Source: Epithemia pelagica (taxonomy: Eukaryota; Protista; Bacillariophyta). From it: 64,000 nt of DNA. The notes below the pieces were generated by a model, which saw nothing but the letters and a program-made list of their open reading frames with translations, was not told the DNA's origin and made no database searches. This document shows, piece after piece, positions 55,706-64,000 of the stretch (the stretch's first letter is position 1; every line of letters begins with the position of its first letter). Location: positions 1,302,001 to 1,366,000 of the forward strand of contig OX337235.1 of NCBI GenBank assembly GCA_946965045.2, in the 5' to 3' direction. The translations under genes and the position numbers were made by a program.

Positions 55706-57007
55706 ATGATGACAACTAGAACAACCTTGCTGACGGTTGCCGTCTTGTTGTCGAAAGGCACCCTCGCATGGGTGGCTCCCGTCTCGAGAAATGCCGTGGC
55801 CAAACGAACGCCCATGGTTTCGCAACCCTTGGTCCTTCGTTCCGTGGTCGAAGATGCGACCAGTACAGTAGCTTTGGCGAGTGCCAGTACCACCAACGAT
55901 GGACTCTTGCCCGAATACGAAGCCGCCTACAATGTCATTGTCGCCGAATTGGAGGCCAATGTGCCGGAAGCCTACAAGGAAAAAATGATGGCCATGCTTC
56001 CTCATTTTGCCAAGGAATACCTGACCGCCAACCAAAACAATATGAACTCTTCCATGGCCAGTGACGACGAGAACATCAAGGAAAATGCGCAGACACTCTG
56101 TCATCCCGAAAACGCCGCCAAACGCTTCTTGACCTGTCTCAAATTGGGCTTGACCTGGGGCCTTGGTCCCAACAAATACCAGTTTGAGGTGTACCACAAG
56201 GCCTTGCTCGGCGAAGATCCACAAGCCGAAAATGGCAACGAGCTGGATTACATGAAATTCGGGAACGACTTTTTCCGTCCCTGCATGGACTTGACCAAAT
56301 CCGTCTTGATGGGGATGGACAAGGTCGACACGATTATTAGCCAATTGGATCAAGGCCACAATGTGATTTTCTTTGCCAATCACCAATCCGAAGCTGATCC
56401 ACAAGTCGTTTCGTGTCTGACCGACGCCATGACGGAATACGGCAAGCGGTTTGACGAAATGATTTATGTGGCGGGGCACAAGGTGACGACAGATCCCTTG
56501 GCCGTTCCCTTTTCCATGGGTCGTAACTTGATTTGCATCCACAGCAAGAAGCACATCAATGCCGATGCCGCAACGAAACCCGAAAAGCAAAAGCAAAATC
56601 TCAAGGCCATGTCAGCCTTGACCGATCGTCTCAAGCAAGGTGGTGCTTTGATATGGTTGGCTCCCAGCGGAGGTCGCGATCGACGCAATGTCGAAACGGG
56701 CGACGTTCCCATCGCGCCCTTTGACAGCAAGACGATTGATATGTTCCGTTTGGTCAGTAACAAGTCCAAGGTGCCGACACATTTCTACACCATGTCGTTG
56801 GTCTCCTATGAGTTGTGTCCTCCTCCCGACACGGTCGAAGCGGGAGTCGGTGAAGCGCGGAACGTGCGATTTGTGCCCTGTGGTCTCGCCATTGGCAATG
56901 AATGCGAAAGCACGGGGGGACTGGAAGGCCGAAAAGAATTCTGCAACACGGTCTTTACGCAGTGTGAGGCCGATTACGAAAAGCTCGTCCAAGCGACGTC
57001 CAACTAA
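55706..57007 (+). CDS. ATS1: Plastid glycerol-3-phosphate acyltransferase (soluble GPAT)
   Basis: FFANHQSEADPQ (HxxxxD), YVAGHKV, FSMGRNLICIHSKKH, WLAPSGGRDR; bipartite presequence TLA-WVAP. Confidence 0.95.
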   Translation: MMTTRTTLLTVAVLLSKGTLAWVAPVSRNAVAKRTPMVSQPLVLRSVVEDATSTVALASASTTNDGLLPEYEAAYNVIVAELEANVPEAYKEKMMAMLPHFAKEYLTANQNNMNSSMASDDENIKENAQTLCHPENAAKRFLTCLKLGLTWGLGPNKYQFEVYHKALLGEDPQAENGNELDYMKFGNDFFRPCMDLTKSVLMGMDKVDTIISQLDQGHNVIFFANHQSEADPQVVSCLTDAMTEYGKRFDEMIYVAGHKVTTDPLAVPFSMGRNLICIHSKKHINADAATKPEKQKQNLKAMSALTDRLKQGGALIWLAPSGGRDRRNVETGDVPIAPFDSKTIDMFRLVSNKSKVPTHFYTMSLVSYELCPPPDTVEAGVGEARNVRFVPCGLAIGNECESTGGLEGRKEFCNTVFTQCEADYEKLVQATSN

Positions 57008-57546
57008 CCACACGACCCACTCTCCCCCCTTTGACGTGTTCACATTTATACTTTAGTTTCTGACTGTGTGCCAGCGGCCGTTTCGCTGAAGTGCGTTTGC
57101 CAAACTTTCCCCTTTAGAACGTCATATCGACCTTCACTAGTTGAAGACTAGGAGTAGGTAGGTAGGAATAGGACGACGAGAGAACAAACTGTTTCGCAAT
57201 CGTTTTGTTGCGGCGAGTTTCTGCTAGCATGGGTAACTTTCCTCCCATTTTTGAATTTTGACTTTTATTTTTAAAATTCAACTGTCGGGGGGAGACCATT
57301 CGCGAACACGCACAACAAAAATCTTCCCGAGAAAAAATGACAGACGACTGGGTCGCTTGTCATCGTCATCATCATCGCGCGTCGTGATCATCCTCGTCTT
57401 CATCATCATCACAAATCGGAGCAGGTAATTCAGTTCTGTCCATCTGGATCTCGAGGCTACAGGGATCGCTAAGAAAAGATCCGACCCCATCGATTCTAAT
57501 AGTGTTTCAGTTGCGATTCTAACACACACACAAGTAGTCCTGGACC

Positions 57547-58581
57547 ATGTCGACGCTCCAACCAAAGTTTGTTGGTTCCTTCCTAGTGGTCGTGTGGACC
57601 ATGATGATGATGATGATTCCAGTGGTCCAAGCATCGACGCCGTCGTTCGACGACCCTTCCTTTTTGGTTGTGATGGTGGTGACTGCTGTTTGTGGTGTGA
57701 TTGGTTTGGTGTACGTTGTCCAGTTATTGTCCGGTCCTCCGACACCACCCAAGGTGTTGCCCTTGGAGGACTTTCAACCCCTGCCCTTGATTCGTAAGGA
57801 CGTCTTGAGTCATGATACCTGCCGATTTACCTTGGGGTTACCCCCTGGTCATGTCTTGGGTTTGCCCATTGGTCAGCACATTTCTCTCAAATTCACCGGA
57901 CCCGATGGCAAGGCCGTCCAACGATCCTACACACCCGTCACCAACGATACCTTGACGGATGAAGTGCAACTCGTCATCAAAGTCTATCGTCCAGCACCGC
58001 CAAAGTTCCCCAATGGCGGTCTCATGAGTCAACATTTGGATTCCCTAAAGATTGGTGACACCATATTAGTCAAGGGACCCAAGGGTCACTTGAATTACAA
58101 GGGTCGAGGCAAGTTTTCGACCAAACCGCTGGGCAAACCATTGGAGGAACGGTCTTGTCGTTGTCTGGGACTCATGGCGGGTGGAACTGGTATTACACCC
58201 ATGTTGCAAATCTTGCAAGCTGTCTTGGTCCATCCTCACTATCGGGACACCAACACTCGGGTCAAGTTGCTCTATGCCAATCAAACTCCGCAAGACATTT
58301 TGGTGCGAACCGAATTGGAAGACTTGGCACAGCAGTTTCCCGATCGATTTCAACTCTGGTACACGGTCGATCGGTTAGACGATGGCGTGGCTCCCTCGGA
58401 ATGGAAGTATGATACCGGCTTTATCAACACGGAAATGGTCAAGAAACACTTGCTCTTTGACAATGCTGCCCCTGGCCAAACCCAATTCTTTATGTGTGGA
58501 CCCCCACCTATGATCAAATTTGCCTGTCTACCCGCACTCAAGGAATTGGGATTCTCGGAAAAGGACTGGTCCGTCTTTTAA
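57547..58581 (+). CDS. NADH-cytochrome b5 reductase
   Basis: HDTCRFTLGLP, GLPIGQHI, RSYTP, GPKG, AGGTGITPM, LLYANQT, MCGPPPM; N-terminal membrane anchor. Confidence 0.95.
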   Translation: MSTLQPKFVGSFLVVVWTMMMMMIPVVQASTPSFDDPSFLVVMVVTAVCGVIGLVYVVQLLSGPPTPPKVLPLEDFQPLPLIRKDVLSHDTCRFTLGLPPGHVLGLPIGQHISLKFTGPDGKAVQRSYTPVTNDTLTDEVQLVIKVYRPAPPKFPNGGLMSQHLDSLKIGDTILVKGPKGHLNYKGRGKFSTKPLGKPLEERSCRCLGLMAGGTGITPMLQILQAVLVHPHYRDTNTRVKLLYANQTPQDILVRTELEDLAQQFPDRFQLWYTVDRLDDGVAPSEWKYDTGFINTEMVKKHLLFDNAAPGQTQFFMCGPPPMIKFACLPALKELGFSEKDWSVF

Positions 58582-58978
58582 GGCCAAAAATCGTTCAAGT
58601 CGTCGGATGGAATGACGACATGTTGGATCCATCATGACGACAGGATGAATCATGAGGAAATTGAAACAGGCGTCATTTCGCTTTCATCCGTCATACGAGG
58701 AAATTGTACGTAATAGTCTCTCTTCTATATTCTTAAAATAAGTAGGAGTATTTTCCTAGAACTAGAGAACCCTCGTTGAACTAGAGTAAAAACCCTGTTC
58801 TACAAGTGCATAAATGATATACAACATATTATTGATCGGATTACTCAAGTTGCCCCCATATTTTCTGAATGTCAACGCTTGTCTTTCTCGTGAATAGCGC
58901 CGAATACTTCCCCTCGGACATAGTCGTAACACAACAAACACTGACTTTGTGATGACTGTGATCTACGCGAACTGACGG

Positions 58979-61073
58979 TTAGCTTCCCCAACTTTCCGTC
59001 TTGGCACTTTCGGGAATCCCATCCGTGTATACACCTGTAGCGGTACTATTACCCAAAGTACCACCACCACTACTCGGAACAGCATCCATCGAGGGAGTCG
59101 AAACCTCGGAAATAGACGTGGTCGTTTCGATGGATGAGGCCGAGTCGGACGGCATGGGCAGAGCGCCATGGACGGACGTGGGAGGTTGACGATCCTCCTG
59201 TTTGGAATCCCATGGATCTGGTTGAGTTGTTGTTTGACTGCACGTTGTTATGGTTGGTGTGCGACGAACCGGTATCTTTGGATGCAATGCATCGGCTTTG
59301 AGTTGTTTGGTAATCGCTGGTTCTTCATCAAAGATATCGTCGTCATCTTCATCGTCATCGTATTTGTCCTCATTATCATCGTCGTCATCATCATCATCAT
59401 CCGTGTCACTTTTCCTTTCATCGATTTGAGATGGAAGGTCATCACGATACGTCAAACTTTCTTGGTACCCGCGACGACGACTCTTTTTCAGACGTCGTTG
59501 CTGAACATAGAACGAAGCCCCAATGATAAAAATGCTGAGACCAGTCAGCAGTACCGCCAATACGGCCTTTTGAGCCCCTCGTTGGCCGTCTCCCGAAGAA
59601 GATGAGTTTGGAGACGCCTCGCCAGCCATGGACACGACAACTTCCCCACTTTTGTCACTATTCCCATTTCCACTGGTCGAGTCACTCGCAGCTTGATTAT
59701 CGCTATTGGTTTCCCCATCGGATTGTTGCTGATCACTGTTACCACCACCACCACCTGTTTGTGACTCGGATGATGGAACTCCTTGCATTTGTTGCTGGTC
59801 TTGTTGTTGCTGTTGCTGCTGCTGACTAGACGAAGATGAATTTCCGTTCCTTGAAGGAGCTCGGGGAGCACTATTCGGTTTGAAGGTGGGCATTGGTGTT
59901 GGTTTTAACGTCGGCGAAGAGACAGGACGGGGAGTAGGAGGATCTGGGACGCATGCCACTGGAGAAATGGGACGAAAGATGTTGGGTGAAGGCTTCCCTT
60001 TTCCGTATCCTTTTCCTTTCGCTCTGTCTGATCCTTTCCCCTTGGCGTATCCTTTCCCGTATCCTTTTCCATATCCTTTGCTCTTGCGAGCTCGTTCCTT
60101 TGTGTCTTTTGAATCATGCTTTTTTGATCTTTTCTTCCTGTAGTTGTAGCCATCAAAGGAATCCGAGGAGTCGCGACCCCAGCCCTTGCCCTTTCCTTTC
60201 GAGTTGTCCCATCCTTTCCCCTTACTCGGTTCGCATCGAGTTGGGCTAGAAGTTGGTTTTTGTCCATTTTGAGGCGGGTTTGTTGGAGTGTCCATGGGTG
60301 CAGGGGTGGGCCCACCACCACCAGACGGGCGCCGTGTCGGGTTGACCGTTGGGGCCGGTGTCGGATTCGGAGTTGGGTTGTTTGTCGGGGCTTCTGTCGG
60401 GGGTTCCGTCGGAGCTGCAAGTGGGCAAAGACTTGCATCTGGTGGAGTCACATCAGACTAAAGTAACAGGAGAGTGTGAGTTCCGTCATTCCATTGTCAA
60501 GATTGCGTCACAGTCATTCTCTTTTCGACTTACAAAGACTGTCCATGCAATCTGATCGCCCTCCGACAACACGGGGTACTGGGTACAACTGTTCGTAAAC
60601 CGAAGAATCCATCGCATCGATAATGGATTCCCCGCTGCATTTTGTCCAATCATGATCATTTGGATCCATTTTGGAATTGACTCCTCCGTGATCTCGTCGG
60701 GATTGGAAATGGCCGAGATATGGGAAAACTCGTCGCCCTCCACGTACTGTCCTTCAAAAATAGTCTGCTGAAGCACCTGGTTTATTTGATTGAACTCCGT
60801 AATATCTATGATTGACACTTCTACTGGAACCAAGTCGGTCACACCGTCCTCAATCGCTGTAATTTCACATAGCGAATCCTCAATACCAGCCGTGTCAAAC
60901 TGGTTGTCGTTACAGTTTATGGCAGTGTTGAATGTCCACTCATAAACTGACGGTGTACATGCACATATATCCCCTCTTTGTCCTTCACATGTCGAAACAA
61001 GGGCCAGAAAGATGATTGCTTGTGTTATTATGCGGTTGGATCGGCTTGGATGGATTCTCTTGGAACACTCCAT
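58979..61073 (-). CDS. Type I membrane protein: Cys-containing DICAC domain, PT stalk, K/G/Y-rich block, TM, acidic cytoplasmic tail; intron 60458-60533
   Basis: Signal IITQAIIFLALVSTCEG; DICACTPSVYEWTF...FTNSC; KSKGYGKGYGKGYAKGKGS; TM AVLAVLLTGLSIFIIGASFYV-QQRR. Confidence 0.82.
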
Positions 61074-62802
61074 CTCGCTACGTTGACCCGCTATTCTAAG
61101 TCTTTGTTCCGTTCCTATTTCCTGAATCATTGTTCTCTCCTTCTGTCCATGCCCATTTCTCTTCACGTCGTTCGAGGAAAACATTCGACTTGTAGGCCTG
61201 TATGGAACCGCTCCGTCAGTACCTCGGATCGTGTTGTCTGAACCAAATTTGTGGGCAAGAAATCTTGATTTCGTGCTGTACACTACTTGTGTGAATTGCC
61301 AGGCAATTCAAAATGTGCCGTCAAAGACAAGAATTATTTCAATTGCCTTTGAAATCCAACGGTCGCATAAACAAACTCCTTAGATTCTAATCCATGTACA
61401 TGATTGAAAAATATCATACCGAATACATATATGAGAATGATAGGAAGTAAGGCATATGATTATATTTATTGTACAGTTGTCAGTACGAGTAGTTGTATTG
61501 TGTATTGTATACCTACCTATATAACGGTCATTATTCATTATCATCGAAACTAGCCAGATCTGTTGAGGCTTGATTATTAAAAAGCATTGCCCGCATCTGG
61601 TCTTGTGGGGTTTGTATTTTGTATATTATTTCGTTGTATTTGCCGAAAAGACAACTTCACCACAAAATTTGGGTGTCATTCGTCTTTTCCAATTTCCAGA
61701 ATGTCACCTAAAGATCAAGGCTCCAGAAACCAACGCGAAGAATGTTTAATTTCGATCCCATGACGATGGTCGACTTCGATGCTCTCGGAAATATTTAGTT
61801 CATGCCAGGGCAAAGAGCATTGGGATTTGGGATCTGCCAACGGCTACGTCTTGCGGATGTGAGAAGAAAACAAATGGAATAAAATTTTGCCTCATGAGGA
61901 CGCTTTAGGATGGTTCTTATAGAGGAAGTTGGAGCAAACCGAGATCAAGAGACTCTGAATCCACGCAAATTCCAAAGCAACATGCTCGTGCGAGTCAACG
62001 TACATGTGTTTGGACGAGGACTGAAAGGGTGTCTGCAGCGAGATTGATTTTCTTGGATTAATACTCTACTTTGATTATGATAATATTATTCTCGGGTAGT
62101 AGTTGAGAGTCATGCATCATAGTATAAACTGGTAATTTATCTTACTTGCTCGGGTGATATCTTTCGCAAGACGACAAACATTATATATGTTGAGGAATGA
62201 ATTTCTCCAGCACGATCTAGTTTGCAATTTGTGTTTGCGCTGAGGTTAGGATCCCTTACCATTGCGACACGACATGGAGGTGGAGAATTGAGACTCTACT
62301 GGGGAATTTGGGCCGACTCGTATGTTTCATATCCATTCGCAGCATAATCAGCCCAAAATTATCTGTGAATACATGACGGAAAATCCATCATCAGGGCTTT
62401 CGATTGTTTTTGGTTCCCACTTCTCACTTACACGACTGTCTATGATATAGGGCATCTGGTATCGATGTTGGATGATCGATGATGACAAGTACTACTCCTA
62501 CGAAGGTGGGATGATCAAAATCCGCCTACAGTAGAATTGCATTGAAAAATCCAGGATCAAGACCAAAAGCTATATGTCTCTGTGTTTATTACTCCAGATT
62601 ATTGCCCTGTGAACTGTCGAAAAAAGAGACCCTCACTCTTGTCTATATTTGCCAAAAACGAAGATACTCTCACAAAATTTGGTTGGTTGCCGTCGAGTCA
62701 GTGAAGCTGATCACTCATGGAACAAACCCAAATTTTCTTGTCTTTCGACAAGTCGGAGTCCTTCGATACAAAGACGAGTCGAAGTGAAGCCAAATCGGGA
62801 GC

Positions 62803-64000
62803 ATGGTACCCATCGAAGAGCTGGCTAGCGTTGTTGCTGGGAAGAAGACAAGACAAGTTTCCAGTTCATCATGGTTGCGAACGAGTGCTGTTATCATAGT
62901 TGCGGTGCTATTGAGCATGGCAAGGACAGCGCAGGCTCAAATTGGAACCGACATATGCGCATGTAGCCCAGCTACGTACACGTTTCAGGTTCGATTTGAC
63001 CTTACCTGTCCAGGAAACATCCAGGCAGACAATGGGATTCTGCAAACTGATTGTCAATTGCAAAATCAGGAGCAACCAGGTGACAACGAAGACTTCGTCC
63101 CAGTTTTTGTTTCTCAAATAACGCTTTTTGAACTTGGTGCGGAGCAACAAGTAATCGCAAGCCAACTATATACCGGAGATTTTATAAACGGGAGCACAAT
63201 CGTCTATACATCAGTCGTTGGGACGGATCCAAACTTGAACGAGCAAAATATTACTCAGGGCTTCCAATCAACCCTTTTGGGGCGTAACGCCGCTGAAATC
63301 GGCATTGAAAATACGTGGATTATTCTGTTCACTAATGAGTGTGGCGTTTTCCCACTTTTCACCGTTGGCGACCGAATTGGATGGCTGGAGTTAATTGATT
63401 TCACAAATCCGATCAATCGGTATTGTCCAGGTGAGGTAATCTGTGAGAAAGAGCGAAAGGCATATGATTCGAATCTAACCACTTTCTACGAACAGGTGTT
63501 CCGTCACCATCGCCGTCCAGTCGTCCGACAATATCAGAACAGCCATCCAACTTTCCATCGTTTTCCCCCACAGATCATCCGTCGGAAGTGCCTTCATTTT
63601 TACCCACAGAACATCCAAGTGAATCTCCATCTTTCACTCCGACTAGTCTCCCCTCGTTCTCGCCTTCAGCGCTTCCTTCGGTGTTCCCAAGTGCCAACCC
63701 GACACCCACTGCACCGACTACTAGCAGGCCAACCGAACAACCGTCGGACTTTCCAAGCGCTGCACCTTCAGGTTCAGATAATAAACCAACCAACAAGCCG
63801 ATACAAACAGACGAGCCAACCGGAAAGCCGACGGAAAAGCCCACGCCTGAATCTTGTCCTCCAGTATCTAAAGGCAAGGGCAAGGGCAAGGGCAAGGGCA
63901 AAGGCGGAAAGAAATCGGACAGTGGAAAGGGAGGAAAAGGAAAGAAATCAAAGAGTGGAAAGGGAGAAAAGGGAGGACAGGGAGACAAAGGAGAGAGTTC
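62803..64000 (+). CDS. Divergent paralog of the 58979-61073 gene, 3'-truncated by window edge; intron 63431-63495
   Basis: Manual translation: MVPIEE...AVIIVAVLLSMARTAQAQIGTDICACSPATYTF...FTNEC...RYCP|GVPSP...SKGKGKGKGKGKGGKKSDSGKGGKGKKSKSGK; absent from the ORF track because no stop lies in the window. Confidence 0.82.
   Translation, partial: MVPIEELASVVAGKKTRQVSSSSWLRTSAVIIVAVLLSMARTAQAQIGTDICACSPATYTFQVRFDLTCPGNIQADNGILQTDCQLQNQEQPGDNEDFVPVFVSQITLFELGAEQQVIASQLYTGDFINGSTIVYTSVVGTDPNLNEQNITQGFQSTLLGRNAAEIGIENTWIILFTNECGVFPLFTVGDRIGWLELIDFTNPINRYCPGEVICEKERKAYDSNLTTFYEQVFRHHRRPVVRQYQNSHPTFHRFPPQIIRRKCLHFYPQNIQVNLHLSLRLVSPRSRLQRFLRCSQVPTRHPLHRLLAGQPNNRRTFQALHLQVQIINQPTSRYKQTSQPESRRKSPRLNLVLQYLKARARARARAKAERNRTVEREEKERNQRVEREKREDRETKERV

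Noticed and set aside
55622-56596. 324-aa minus-strand ORF
   Set aside because: Antisense shadow of the well-supported GPAT gene

Overview
Eukaryotic, gene-dense window (~48% GC, short GT-AG introns, bipartite plastid presequences, PT/PS-repeat secreted proteins), most consistent with a pennate diatom (inference). It holds about 25 host genes: PP2C, an MTR/APH-type kinase, two LRR proteins, a FEX fluoride channel, a sulfotransferase, a UBA/Q-rich protein, class II aldolase, CcdA, CK1, tandem PITH genes, RidA, ABC1 kinase, plastid GPAT, cytochrome b5 reductase, and five cell-surface or lysine-rich secreted proteins. Two structurally complete DNA transposons are present. (1) 3027-9175: CAC...GTG termini, 14-bp TIR, 3-bp TSD (ACC) and a RAG1/Transib/Chapaev3-like DDE transposase. 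Its ends are bipartite and asymmetric, with a second shared 11-bp block 11 bp further inside at one end, recalling the 12/23 RSS offset. (2) 47144-51019: piggyBac-like with a non-canonical ATAA TSD and a convergent accessory ORF resembling the P2X7 C-terminal ballast domain. Also notable are a tail-anchored class II aldolase and several silaffin/cingulin-like K-rich proteins, including a head-to-head paralog pair. All homology calls come from motif recognition by eye; no searches were run.
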